Shown: positions 9,018-18,058 of the stretch, piece by piece | Layout: each line of letters opens with the position of its first letter | Position numbering within the stretch: the stretch's first letter is position 1 | Position numbers and translations under genes: made by a program | Virus record (IMG/VR): IMGVR_UViG_3300025674_000052 | Coordinates: 1 to 55,417 of that record | Direction: 5' to 3' (one strand) | Length of the DNA stretch: 55,417 nt | DNA from: a virus | Taxonomy: Duplodnaviria > Caudoviricetes | The notes under the pieces: generated by a model | Seen by the model: only the letters and a program-made list of their open reading frames with translations | The model's database searches: none | Told to the model about the DNA's origin: nothing

Positions 9018-9245
9018 TTACTCCTCGGGGTCTCCAAGCCGCTCCAGCGGCTCCGGGCTCGTCTCCGGCTCCTCGGTCGTCTCGTCCGGCATCACGGCCT
9101 GGAAGAGGGCAGGGTGGGCCTGGACGACCGCTGAGGTCGCGGTGTATCGCAGTCCTGGGAAGAAGACCTGTCCACCGACGCGAACCGGCTCTCCGCCCAC
9201 GAGGACGACGTAGTCCGCGCCTCGCCATCGGAGTTGCTCAGTCAT
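9018..9245 (-). CDS. Hypothetical protein, 75 aa
   Basis: Fills the operon gap and overlaps the upstream stop. Confidence 0.55.
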   Translation of the reverse strand: MTEQLRWRGADYVVLVGGEPVRVGGQVFFPGLRYTATSAVVQAHPALFQAVMPDETTEEPETSPEPLERLGDPEE

Positions 9246-9720
9246 CAGAGGGCTCCTCCGGCTTCGGCTCGTAGGCGAGGTCCGCCGGCGGCTCGGGCAG
9301 AGACTCCTGAGCCGGAGCCTTGGCTTTCGCCTTCCGCTTGGGCTTCGGCTTGGCCTCGGGCTCCGGCGCTGCGCTCGGCAGCGCGGAGAAGTCGATCTGG
9401 CGGGCAGGCTCAGTGAAGCGTTGAGGGCTGTCTGCGGGCTTGCCTGCTTCGTACTCTTGGAGCCTGCTTCGGATCTCGTGCGGGATGTCGTCGATGCCGA
9501 TCAGTGCCGCGTCTGCGGGCACTTCCTCGACTTTTTCCAGCTTGTGATACTGGCCGGTCTTCTGAGCGATCTCGCACAGGTACGGCGAGCGCAGGTCGAC
9601 GACCTCGCCGGCTCGTGCCCAGATCATGGGCTTGCCGTCCTGGGACGGCCAGTGGAGAGCGCGGCCTCGCAGGACGCGGTAGAAGCCTTCACGGCCAGGG
9701 ACTTGCTGGAACTTGTTCAT
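9238..9720 (-). CDS. Hypothetical head-associated protein, 160 aa, with a Pro/Lys-rich tail
   Basis: ATG at 9720 (MNKFQQVP) after a hairpin. Typical position downstream of capsid genes. Confidence 0.65.
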   Translation of the reverse strand: MNKFQQVPGREGFYRVLRGRALHWPSQDGKPMIWARAGEVVDLRSPYLCEIAQKTGQYHKLEKVEEVPADAALIGIDDIPHEIRSRLQEYEAGKPADSPQRFTEPARQIDFSALPSAAPEPEAKPKPKRKAKAKAPAQESLPEPPADLAYEPKPEEPSDD

Positions 9721-9745
9721 GTCTTGCGGGCAGGTGTGGGGAGCA

Positions 9746-9782
9746 GAGGCCCCCAGAGCCCTGCCAAGCTCTGAGGGCCTCC
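9746..9782. terminator. Hairpin after the capsid and decoration genes (terminator or mRNA-stability element)
   Basis: Imperfect inverted repeat GAGGCCCCCAGAGC/GCTCTGAGGGCCTC, with no strong U tract. Confidence 0.4.
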
Positions 9783-9790
9783 TAGGAAGA

Positions 9791-10234
9791 TCAGGTGAGG
9801 ACCGTGAAGGCCAGCTCATCAGCGCCACCGGCGGTGGCGTCGATGTACTCGGCGGTGTTGGCGCAACCGTACAGGACGCCGACGACGGAAATGTCCGTCG
9901 CCCCCGTCGCTCCGACCGTGCCTGCCACCTTGATGTAGCGGCTTTGCTGCTCCAGGTCGATCATGCCGTGCAGGACAGCTCCGTCGTCGCCGGCGGTCAG
10001 CGTGAAAGCTGCGCCAGTGATGTTAGCAAACGCGCCGCCGGAGGTCGTGGCCTCCTGAACTGTTACGCTGCCGTCGCCTGCCGTCGCCATCGTGCCGATG
10101 GTGATGGTGACATGGAGCCAGCGCCAGCCCTTGCTGTCTAGCTCGATTCCCGTCAGGGATCCGCCGCCGGACACAGCGTCCGGGGCAACTAGCGAGACCA
10201 CGCGGCCTGCTGAGGTGAAGTCGGTTGCAGCCAT
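9791..10234 (-). CDS. Putative capsid decoration / accessory protein, 147 aa
   Basis: Beta-rich, Gly/Ala/Thr-rich protein directly after the major capsid gene. Confidence 0.65.
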   Translation of the reverse strand: MAATDFTSAGRVVSLVAPDAVSGGGSLTGIELDSKGWRWLHVTITIGTMATAGDGSVTVQEATTSGGAFANITGAAFTLTAGDDGAVLHGMIDLEQQSRYIKVAGTVGATGATDISVVGVLYGCANTAEYIDATAGGADELAFTVLT

Positions 10235-10249
10235 TGAAATGGTCTCCGA

Positions 10250-11494
10250 TCAGAGGTTAGTGGTGTCCAGGTTCTGCGTGACGCAGAACGCGGTCGGCTG
10301 GGTGACGGCCACATCAACGTCGATGTAAGCCACGATGTGCGTCTGGCGCTTCTGAAGAGCGTCGTCCGCGACGTTGGAAGCCTCGATGCTGAGGTTGTTC
10401 CAGGTAGCGAGCACGGCCTTCGAGAAGTCCCCGAAGATCGCCTCGGTGTTAGCGCCCGAAGCAAGCTGCGTCGTGCGGCGGTAGCGGTAGCCGAGGATGA
10501 AGTCCTCAGCGCCTGCCGAGAAGATCTTGCGGCCCATCTCCAGGTGATCGGCGGTGCTGTCCTCGCTCTTGATCTGGCGAGCAGCCCGCAGGAATCGGTT
10601 GGCGACGGCGAAGCCGAGCGACTGCGCTCCGGTGAGCGCGTTGGCGTCAGCCAGCGTGTCCTCCATCGCAAGCAGATCGGTGTAGAAGTCGGCGGTGACG
10701 ACTGCGCCGGAGCCCGAGGTCGCTGAGGTGAAGTCGACGGTATTCACGCCGGCGGTGTTGTAGATGCCGATCGGGTTGCCGTCAGCGCCGGTGCCCTTCA
10801 GGATCCACTCGTTCCACTTCAGCGCAAGCTCCTCCGCCATGCGACGGCGGATGAACTGGTCAGCGCCAACGCCGAGCTGCAGGAACCTGCGGCTGGCCTT
10901 GACGTAGGACTGAGCGCAGTGGGGCTCCAGGCGGTGGTTCCCGAAGCTGAGGTCCGTCGCCGTGTTGGCGGCGTTCTCGGCCACGTTGTCGACCGCCGGG
11001 CCGCTGACCTCGCGGGGGATCTCAACGACACCAGCGCCCGTCACGGGGAGCTGCGTGATGCCAAGGTCCATCGCGATCACCTGCGGACGCAGGAGCGGGA
11101 TGATCTGGTCTTCGAAGACCTGCGTGGGCACAAGGAAGCCTCCCGCAGTGTCCGGCACGGTGCCCATGTCGTACAGCTCGCGCGACATGGCAAGCTCCAT
11201 CGGGCACTCCTTCTCGGGGTTGCCCAGGGTGAGCCCTCGGAAGACGCGACCGAAGTTGTAGGTCTCGCCCTCGTGGGTCTCCTCCATCGAGCCGGGCAGG
11301 TTGTGCTTCCTGCCTTCCTTCTCGGCGGCGTCCTGCTCCGCCTCCCAGCGGTTCATGCGTTCGGTGACGACGGACATCGCGTTCGTGACGTCCACCATGT
11401 TGGCCTTGACGGCCTCCGAGACCTCGTCTCGAAGGAGCGTGCGGAACTCCTGCCGCTTCTCGTCCCGGCCCTTCTCGATGTTTTCGTCGAGCAT
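10250..11494 (-). CDS. Major capsid protein (HK97 fold), 414 aa
   Basis: N-terminal coiled (delta-like) region, AGGFLVP, LKGTG..NPIGI and IFGDFS motifs. Confidence 0.93.
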   Translation of the reverse strand: MLDENIEKGRDEKRQEFRTLLRDEVSEAVKANMVDVTNAMSVVTERMNRWEAEQDAAEKEGRKHNLPGSMEETHEGETYNFGRVFRGLTLGNPEKECPMELAMSRELYDMGTVPDTAGGFLVPTQVFEDQIIPLLRPQVIAMDLGITQLPVTGAGVVEIPREVSGPAVDNVAENAANTATDLSFGNHRLEPHCAQSYVKASRRFLQLGVGADQFIRRRMAEELALKWNEWILKGTGADGNPIGIYNTAGVNTVDFTSATSGSGAVVTADFYTDLLAMEDTLADANALTGAQSLGFAVANRFLRAARQIKSEDSTADHLEMGRKIFSAGAEDFILGYRYRRTTQLASGANTEAIFGDFSKAVLATWNNLSIEASNVADDALQKRQTHIVAYIDVDVAVTQPTAFCVTQNLDTTNL

Positions 11495-11501
11495 ATTGGG
11501 T

Positions 11502-12842
11502 TCAGTTGTCGGGCGTGAAGCCCAGGTCTCTGGCGAGGGTGTAGAGGTCCGAAGAGCCGTCGCCAGTTGCCGGCTCGTCGGTGGAAGGTGCGGCGCTCAG
11601 CTCAGTCAGCGCCTCGTACAGGTCTGTCTGGGACTGGACCTTGATGTCGTCCAACTCCTGACGGAGCGAAGCGATCTCGGTGCGGAGGTCGTCGAGTTGC
11701 TCTCGCGCCTTGACGTCTGCGAAGGTGATCGGGTTCTGCGCGTTGCTGATCTCGGTGCTGTCCCAGCTGACAGAAGCCTCGGCCTCCGGCTCAGGCATTT
11801 CGGGGACCGTGACCGAGAGCTTCGTGGCTGTTCCACGGTCTCGGGCCAGCGTCTCGCGGAACTCTCCGAGCACGCTATCCGCGTGGATGCCAGCCTCCGC
11901 GAACTCTGCGAGCTTCTGCTCCAGCAGGTCCGTGCCGTCTGCGCTGAGCAGACGGGCGTTCTTGTCGCGCCCGAGCGGCGTGATCGAGAACTCGATCAGG
12001 TTGGCTTTCTGGATGACGGCGGAGAACGGCTTCATACCCATCGTCTCCTGCTCGTCCTCGGTGGGCGGACGCATCTTCATGACGTCGAAGCCGACGCTGC
12101 CGTTGCTCAGGAGCTTGGCCTCCACGAGGTCCTCGACGAGGCCAGCGAAGTCATAGATCGCTCGGTCTGCGAACTCAACGTCGCCGGTCAGGGCCTTGAA
12201 GGTCTTGCCGCCCCTCCGCAGCTCAACGCCCTTCTGCATCGCCGTCACCTTGCCGATCGGCGGGCGCGACTCTTGGATGTTGTGGTCGTAGAGGACGTTG
12301 CTGCCTCGGTACACGAACTCCTTCGTGTCCCAGGCGCTCGCCATCACCTTGTCCTTGAGGGGCGGGATCAGGTCGTCGCTGACCATGACGTAGCCGTAGC
12401 TCCGCCGGCCCATCTTGTCCTCGTCATCCTTCTTGCCGCGACCGTAGCTCGCCTTGCCCTTGCTGATCTTCGTCAAGGTCGAGAACTTGTGACCCACGCG
12501 AGTGTCGCTGGGCTCGCCGTCTCGGTAGACCTGGATCAGGGCTGCCGGGTCGTCCTCAGTGCCCTTGACCTTGAAGTCGGCACCGGGGACGTTGATGGTC
12601 CCGTTGCGCTCAATGCGCTCGATGCGGCCCTCGGCGCTGCCGCCGGAGCTTCGCCAGCGGACCATGTCGCCGGTCTTCAGGCCGTCTGGGGCTGCGTATG
12701 CCTCATCGGTCAGGGCGTAGCGCAGGATGCCGTCACCAGCCTCCTGGCGTACCTGCATCCAATCCTCGGCACTGACGCCTGCAAGGTCGGCATCGGTGAC
12801 GGTGCCTGCGCGGAACTTCTCGACGAGCTGGGCGTACTTCAT
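11502..12842 (-). CDS. Prohead protease / scaffold, 446 aa, with an inserted DUF2945 (Tudor-like) domain
   Basis: VLYDHN, PIGKV, GSVGF and LIEFSITPLG motifs of HK97-type proteases, plus a C-terminal coiled coil. Insert at about aa 50-126. Confidence 0.85.
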   Translation of the reverse strand: MKYAQLVEKFRAGTVTDADLAGVSAEDWMQVRQEAGDGILRYALTDEAYAAPDGLKTGDMVRWRSSGGSAEGRIERIERNGTINVPGADFKVKGTEDDPAALIQVYRDGEPSDTRVGHKFSTLTKISKGKASYGRGKKDDEDKMGRRSYGYVMVSDDLIPPLKDKVMASAWDTKEFVYRGSNVLYDHNIQESRPPIGKVTAMQKGVELRRGGKTFKALTGDVEFADRAIYDFAGLVEDLVEAKLLSNGSVGFDVMKMRPPTEDEQETMGMKPFSAVIQKANLIEFSITPLGRDKNARLLSADGTDLLEQKLAEFAEAGIHADSVLGEFRETLARDRGTATKLSVTVPEMPEPEAEASVSWDSTEISNAQNPITFADVKAREQLDDLRTEIASLRQELDDIKVQSQTDLYEALTELSAAPSTDEPATGDGSSDLYTLARDLGFTPDN

Positions 12843-15646
12843 GCGATTTCGATGTCAGGGTCGTCGAGCGCGTCTCGGCGCTCCACGGCGGTGTAGGTAC
12901 ACCGGCAGTTGATGACCTCGCTGGCACTGCCATTCGGGTCGTGCGGGTAGCGCAGGCCGTTCGGGAACAGCTCCCCCATTGTGCGGACGAGGCCGTTGGC
13001 GGAGATGTGCGTCGGGCGGGTGAACTTGTCGTTGCTGGCTCGCCACCGGATCTTCGTGACGTTGCTCGCCTCGTACTGGGTGAACTTGCCCTGGTTCTGA
13101 GCCTTGCCCGTCTCGGTCGCTGCGATAGTCGCCGCTCGCGCCTCCTTCGTGCCGAAGACTCGACGCAGCTCCTCCGTCAGCTCGGGGAGTGCCTGCTGTA
13201 CTACCTGCCGCAGGTTGCCCGGAGGGTGAAGTTTCGTGAACACGCCAGCGATGGCGTCTCGCACACGACGCTCAGTCACGCTATTCACGCCCTCGACGAG
13301 CCCGATGCGCTGAGTTGCGATGCGCTGGATGACGGTCGGGTCGGTGCTGCTCACCACGCCGGCCCCAAGCTCGCTGGCTGCGTCCTGCATCGCCTCCGCG
13401 AAGACCTCCGCAAGTCGGGCCTGCACGGCGACATCGAGCTTCTCAGCCCACTTGGGCGCGTCCAGGAGGATTGCAGCCCACGCCGTCGTCGTCAGCCCTT
13501 CGGGGTTGATGCTCTCGTCGAAGATGCTGAGCCGCCGGAAGCTGCCGTTGGCGATGCGTCGGAGCTTCGCGAGCTGGGCCTTCTCGTAGTCTTCGAGCCA
13601 CTCTAGGGCGGCGCTGTATAGTGGCTTGTCGACGTAGTCGTCGAGGCCCTCGTGGCGTGTGAGGGCAACGCCGACGCCATCATCCCACAGGTGCGCGTAT
13701 AGCTCGCCGGCGTCCCGTTCCAAGGCCACCGGCTCTCCCACTCCTTCTCCGCAGCACCCTTCGACGCCGGCGTTGCTCTCTAGGCTGTTGCGGCCCGATC
13801 CGGGGTCGTATCCCCAGTTCTTCAGCGAGATGTCGCGCTTGCTCGGGCAGTCTCCAACGGGCTTGCCCCGAGGCATCCCTCGCATCCGCGAGATGAACGA
13901 GATTGCCCTGTTGGCGGCCTTGACCTCGCGGGTGCCCCACTCGGACTTCTTTTTCCGCATCAGCGCCACGTTGCGCTTGATGACGGCTCCAGGGTTTAGC
14001 GAAGCCTTGCGGCTGCACTCGGTCTCGCCCCACGCCTCAAGGCTGCTGGCACTCATGTTGACGACCTTGCGCCACGCGGCGTACACCTCGTCGACCCTCT
14101 CCTTGTCGGCCAGAGTCGTGCGGCTGGCCTGCTCGGTGTCGTCGTCCTCGGGCTCCTGGGGCTCCGGCGCAGACTCCGGCGCAGGCTCAGGCGCGTCAAG
14201 GTCGATGAGCGTGGCGAGGCCCCACTTGCGGTCGCCTTTCTCCGGCTGCTCAACCTCGACGCCCTGCTGCTGAAGCACCTCGTTGTACGAGACACCGATG
14301 CCCTTGGCGGAGATGTTTGCAGCTCGCTCCAACTGCTCGCCCACGTCGCGCTGGAGCGCCTCAATGTGGCTACTGTTGAAGTAGGCGACGGTCCCCTGCG
14401 GGCTGCCGATCCGCAGCATCCGGGGCAGCAGATCATTCGTCAGAACGTCCGCTGTGCTGTTTGCCAGCGACAGGATCCCGTTGGGACCGGTCCACAACTC
14501 CCTGTGCGCTGTCTCGACGTTGTTGTAGGTCGCGTTGTCGTACACCCCCACACAAGGAGGCGGGACGCCGAGGCCGGCAAGGATGCTGTCCCTCAGCCAA
14601 GTCAGCAGCGTCTCGTACTGCATATCGCTCGGCTTCACCGGGTTCGGCACGAACTTGGCGCTGCTCTGCAAGAGCTTCATGCGGCGCTGATTCGGGCCGC
14701 TGAACTCGTCGTCAGCAAGCTCTTGCCGCCGCTGCATCTCCGCAGCGTCCACCTCGTGGTCGTAGATGATGAAGCCGCCAGGGTCCCCGCCGTTGCGGAC
14801 GCTGGCGTCCATCGCGCGGAACGCCTGGAAGTAGAGGTCAGTCTCCCGCTCCAGGGAGTCAACGTCGCCCAGACCTCGTGCGAAGTTGTAGGGGTCGTAG
14901 TCGCGGTAGTGGACGACCGAGCCCACGGGGAAGGCTGGGCTGACCTTGCTGCTCTGCCGGCTGTAGGAAGTCGTGTAGCGGTACGTCGCGGGCATCCCGC
15001 CGGCGTCGTACTGGATCTCGACAAGGCTGCCTCGCACAGGCACCACGCTGGCCGGCATCGCCCCGAGCAGGCGCGTCTGAGCGTTGCTCTGCACCGGGTC
15101 GCCGTTCTCGTCCATCATGAACCAGATGCACTCGCCATCGTGCTTCATGTTGATGGCGTGCGCCCTCCAGAACTGCGTCGGTGTCATGACGCGGTTCGGG
15201 TCCGCGAGCAGGTCGAGGAGCGGGTGCGAGGCCAGTGGCTCGACGCCCTGGTCCGGCTCCTGAGGGTAGAGCTGCAGCGGCATCCGCACGAAGCCCTCGC
15301 TGATCGCCTTGATGCCTGCTCGGACCCAGACGTTCTCCTCGTAGGGGCGATCCGACTCCTCGCGATCGGCTACTGGGTTCGCCAGCTTATAGAGGTCGCT
15401 GCTGCCGACGACGCTCAGAAGCTCGCTCGCGCCCTCCCGCAGCTTGCCGGTGTCGTCGAAGAACCGGCCCTCGCCCGTCTGAGCGGCCACCTTCTGTAGC
15501 AGACTCCTGCCTGCCTTGGCCTTCCAGAGAGGCTCCGCACGAGTTGCGCGGTGCCACTCAAGTCGGTCTCGGGACCTTGCGTCAGAGGACTCGTGGGCGA
15601 TCACAGCGCCTAGGAGGCCCCTCGCGCCTGCTGGAATCACGCGCAA
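12839..15646 (-). CDS. Portal protein fused to a DUF3140-like domain and a C-terminal MuF/gp7-like minor head domain (start codon uncertain)
   Basis: Portal motifs (HPLLDLLADPN, GLG, ILAGLGVPP, ATYNN). MuF C-terminus RAATIAATE...W...TRPTH...LRYPHDP...EVINCRC. Confidence 0.88.
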   Translation of the reverse strand: MRVIPAGARGLLGAVIAHESSDARSRDRLEWHRATRAEPLWKAKAGRSLLQKVAAQTGEGRFFDDTGKLREGASELLSVVGSSDLYKLANPVADREESDRPYEENVWVRAGIKAISEGFVRMPLQLYPQEPDQGVEPLASHPLLDLLADPNRVMTPTQFWRAHAINMKHDGECIWFMMDENGDPVQSNAQTRLLGAMPASVVPVRGSLVEIQYDAGGMPATYRYTTSYSRQSSKVSPAFPVGSVVHYRDYDPYNFARGLGDVDSLERETDLYFQAFRAMDASVRNGGDPGGFIIYDHEVDAAEMQRRQELADDEFSGPNQRRMKLLQSSAKFVPNPVKPSDMQYETLLTWLRDSILAGLGVPPPCVGVYDNATYNNVETAHRELWTGPNGILSLANSTADVLTNDLLPRMLRIGSPQGTVAYFNSSHIEALQRDVGEQLERAANISAKGIGVSYNEVLQQQGVEVEQPEKGDRKWGLATLIDLDAPEPAPESAPEPQEPEDDDTEQASRTTLADKERVDEVYAAWRKVVNMSASSLEAWGETECSRKASLNPGAVIKRNVALMRKKKSEWGTREVKAANRAISFISRMRGMPRGKPVGDCPSKRDISLKNWGYDPGSGRNSLESNAGVEGCCGEGVGEPVALERDAGELYAHLWDDGVGVALTRHEGLDDYVDKPLYSAALEWLEDYEKAQLAKLRRIANGSFRRLSIFDESINPEGLTTTAWAAILLDAPKWAEKLDVAVQARLAEVFAEAMQDAASELGAGVVSSTDPTVIQRIATQRIGLVEGVNSVTERRVRDAIAGVFTKLHPPGNLRQVVQQALPELTEELRRVFGTKEARAATIAATETGKAQNQGKFTQYEASNVTKIRWRASNDKFTRPTHISANGLVRTMGELFPNGLRYPHDPNGSASEVINCRCTYTAVERRDALDDPDIEIA

Positions 15647-15659
15647 ACTCTAGATTTTC

Positions 15660-16202
15660 TCAGCGGTTGATCGTGTAGATCAAGGCTGCCCCCACGACGC
15701 CGACCTGCCCGGTCAGCTCCGTACCGTCCGCGATGGCTGTTCGCGTGAGCACCCCCACGATCTGCCCTGCCGTTGCGGAGGCGTACACTGCCGTACTCAG
15801 AGGGATCGTCACGATTTGCAGCGTGCCTGCCGTGGCCCCAAGGGCGATGTCGCCCGAGGCGGCAGACTGCGCTCCGGTGCCCGCGACCGGGTTGGCGCTC
15901 GCCGTCACGGTGTCTGACGCGAAGGTGAGGGCGGCCTCCTTGCTTGTCTCCGTCGTCAGGGGCATCAGCGCGACCTGGAGGGACGGGGCCGCCGTGATGT
16001 CCGCCCTTGGGGGGATCGGAACGGTCACGCTGAGCGTCTCAGAGAGGTCGAACGCCCACGCTGCGACGAAGGCCGTGTTCAGGCTCGCTGGGCTGCCTGG
16101 GCCTGTCAGGAGCGAGCACGGGACCGCTCTGGAGGTGACTCCGTTGAGGATGTCGGGGATCTCCGAGACGAGCGTGCTGGCGGTCAGGGTCGTGTAGGCC
16201 AT
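15660..16202 (-). CDS. Putative virion structural protein, 180 aa
   Basis: AGGAGG before the ATG at 16202. Ala/Thr-rich beta protein leading the portal operon. Confidence 0.65.
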   Translation of the reverse strand: MAYTTLTASTLVSEIPDILNGVTSRAVPCSLLTGPGSPASLNTAFVAAWAFDLSETLSVTVPIPPRADITAAPSLQVALMPLTTETSKEAALTFASDTVTASANPVAGTGAQSAASGDIALGATAGTLQIVTIPLSTAVYASATAGQIVGVLTRTAIADGTELTGQVGVVGAALIYTINR

Positions 16203-16239
16203 GCGGCCACCCTCCTGGGCCGCTGGGCCGGCGTCAACG

Positions 16240-16268
16240 AAAAAAGGCCGCCCGGTGAGGGCGGCCTT
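16240..16268 (-). terminator. Rho-independent terminator
   Basis: AAGGCCGCCC-TCACC-GGGCGGCC followed by TTTTTT on the minus strand. Confidence 0.85.
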
Positions 16269-16290
16269 GGCCGAGGGCGGCGGAGGGCGA

Positions 16291-16641
16291 TCAGCGCTGG
16301 GTGACGCGCTCCATCGCACTGATGGCGTCGTCCAGCTCGGAGCGGATCTCAAGGATTCGTTCCGCAGCGCGGCTGTACCCGTCACACTCAAGGATGTCCC
16401 AGATGTCGGTGAGCACCGAGCGCAGGAACACCGTGCGGGACTTGCCCTCGACGAGGTCTGCGAACTTCCAGTTGACGTTGATGCCGCGAGCGCGGCGGTA
16501 AACCTCAACGGCGGGGACGTTTTCGCAGGAGGCCGTGTCGAAGATCGACTCCGCGCGGAGGTAGGTCAGCGCAGTACGCGCCATCGCGTTCCAGCAGAAG
16601 GAGGGGATCCGAATCGAGGGGCCGGGGTGGTTGGCAGTCAT
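16291..16641 (-). CDS. Hypothetical early protein, 116 aa (MTANHPG...)
   Basis: ATG downstream of promoter cassette P1 and followed by a terminator. Confidence 0.7.
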   Translation of the reverse strand: MTANHPGPSIRIPSFCWNAMARTALTYLRAESIFDTASCENVPAVEVYRRARGINVNWKFADLVEGKSRTVFLRSVLTDIWDILECDGYSRAAERILEIRSELDDAISAMERVTQR

Positions 16642-16730
16642 TGCTTCGTAGGGGTTGCTGGCGAGGGCTGATTCCCTCGACACACTTACTTTCGGCTCTT
16701 CGGCTCGTTTCCGCAAGCCCTTTTTCTGAT
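16642..16730 (-). promoter_or_regulatory. Promoter-hairpin cassette P1
   Basis: A-tract, TTGCGG (16716-16711), N17, GAAAGT, then hairpin CGAGGG-AATCAG-CCCTCG and CAGCAAC. Confidence 0.8.
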
Positions 16731-16746
16731 TCTGCCTGGGAAATCC

Positions 16747-17115
16747 TCAGAGGTCAAAGTCCTCCGCCTCGATGACCAGCTCCGCAGCGCCCTCCGCTGC
16801 TCGCCGGATGTCGAAGTGACTGTGACTCGGGCAGGTGTCGTGCGGGTCCGGGTTGACCTCGCCGGCCTCGTGCCTCTCCACAGCCGCCACGAGCGCCTCT
16901 CCTGCGTGCGGATAGTTGAAACGGATCTCGGCTCGCTGCACCGGGCAGAGCCGGGAGAGGAGCACCCAGCACGACTCTAGGGAGTCGTCCAGCAACTCGG
17001 TGTTCTGGATTTCCTCGATGTCGCTGTCTCGGTCTTGGGTCCACGAGAACAGGAAGCCATGCGCCTCGTGCTCGCACCAGTATTCGGTCGGGTCGTGTCG
17101 CTCAGGAAGAGGCAT
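16747..17115 (-). CDS. Hypothetical acidic protein, 122 aa (MPLPERHDP...)
   Basis: TGATG coupling with the upstream gene. Confidence 0.65.
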   Translation of the reverse strand: MPLPERHDPTEYWCEHEAHGFLFSWTQDRDSDIEEIQNTELLDDSLESCWVLLSRLCPVQRAEIRFNYPHAGEALVAAVERHEAGEVNPDPHDTCPSHSHFDIRRAAEGAAELVIEAEDFDL

Positions 17116-17444
17116 CAGAGCACCTCCGGCTTGCTGCTCATGGCTGCTTGGATCTTGGCGCGGATGCGCTTGCAGTAGCTCCGGCGGCGGCTGGGGCTCG
17201 TGCCGTAGCGGTGCGGGTAGCTCTCCACATGATCCAGGTGATCGAGGAGGTCCCACCATGTCGAGCGGGTGAGGAGATTCATGCCGGTCACGGTGCGGGA
17301 CTCAATGCAGCACCAGCGGCGCTCGGCGCTGGTGAGGCGAAGTCCGTGGATCTGGCGGTCACGCTCCTGGCGCTCGGCCTTCTGGCGGTCGTCGGCCTTG
17401 CGGTCGGCTGCGGTGAGGATGATCTGGCGGAAGGGGTCGTTCAT
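17115..17444 (-). CDS. Hypothetical basic protein, 109 aa
   Basis: ATG-initiated ORF in the P2 operon. Confidence 0.6.
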   Translation of the reverse strand: MNDPFRQIILTAADRKADDRQKAERQERDRQIHGLRLTSAERRWCCIESRTVTGMNLLTRSTWWDLLDHLDHVESYPHRYGTSPSRRRSYCKRIRAKIQAAMSSKPEVL

Positions 17445-17472
17445 GGGATCTTGCTAGAGAGGTGGAAGGGGA

Positions 17473-17688
17473 TCAGGCACCGTGCGCGGCGGCTTGCTCT
17501 TCGGTGATGGCTCCTGCGGCAAGAGCGGCTTGCGCGAGGATTGCGCGGACGTGTGCAGCGCTTCCGGCTTGGCTCCAGTTCGCTCCGTAGCAACCGTCGC
17601 GGCTGTCGAGGATGGCTTGGGCAAGTTGCTCGATCGCGAAGTTGTGTTGGGCGAGTGCGGCGTCGGCGGTCTTAGTGGTGTCGGTCAT
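17473..17688 (-). CDS. Hypothetical early protein, 71 aa (MTDTTKT...)
   Basis: ATG at the same distance from cassette P2 as in P1 and P4. Confidence 0.7.
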   Translation of the reverse strand: MTDTTKTADAALAQHNFAIEQLAQAILDSRDGCYGANWSQAGSAAHVRAILAQAALAAGAITEEQAAAHGA

Positions 17689-17777
17689 CGGTTCGTAGGG
17701 GTTGCTGGCGAGGGCTGATTCCCTCGACACACCTACCTTCGGCTCTTCGGCTCGTTTCCGCAAGGTCTTTTTCGGAT
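17689..17777 (-). promoter_or_regulatory. Promoter-hairpin cassette P2, near-identical to P1
   Basis: TTGCGG (17763), N17, GAAGGT, then CGAGGGAATCAGCCCTCG and CCAGCAACCCCTACGAA. Confidence 0.8.
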
Positions 17778-17805
17778 TCTTTTGGGAGCGGGCCTCCAGG
17801 GCACG

Positions 17806-17833
17806 AAGAAGGCCGCCCCGTCAAGGGCGGCCT
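17806..17833 (-). terminator. Putative terminator with the same stem as 16240..16268
   Basis: AGGCCGCCC-TTGACG-GGGCGGCCT followed by TCTT. Confidence 0.6.
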
Positions 17834-17851
17834 GTTGTGGGTCGAGCGGGA

Positions 17852-18058
17852 TCAGCGAGCGGCGTAGAAGTCGTAGTCGTAGCCGCCGTCCTTGAGTCCG
17901 TAGCTCGGGCTGAGGTCGCGGCGCTGTCCGAGGTAGACTTCCTTGCCGCCGGGGAGGACAGCGTGCCAGCGGCTCATGCCGTCTTGGTAGACGACGGTGC
18001 CATCCGCGAGAAGGATGTCCGTCTGGCCGGTGTAAGCGTCAGCGGGGATGATGGTCAT
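17852..18058 (-). CDS. Hypothetical early protein, 68 aa
   Basis: Lies between cassette P3 and a terminator. Confidence 0.7.
   Translation of the reverse strand: MTIIPADAYTGQTDILLADGTVVYQDGMSRWHAVLPGGKEVYLGQRRDLSPSYGLKDGGYDYDFYAAR

Noticed and set aside
12465-14110. Inteins or introns explaining the inserts in portal and protease
   Set aside because: No intein-type ends (N-terminal C/S, C-terminal HN followed by C/S/T) were seen and the reading frames are uninterrupted.
11301-15499. Long plus-strand ORFs (e.g. 11301..12896, 14366..15499, and likewise 2403..3503, 22915..24309, 48024..49118)
   Set aside because: These are antisense shadows of well-supported minus-strand genes in GC-rich DNA, with no recognisable motifs.
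16642-16716. A shared N-terminal peptide MRKRAE(E/Q)PKV..SRESALASN on three ORFs (also at 17763 and 35200)
   Set aside because: It is the translation of the promoter-hairpin repeat starting from the TTG of the -35 box. Other copies are not in frame, so the true starts are the downstream ATGs.
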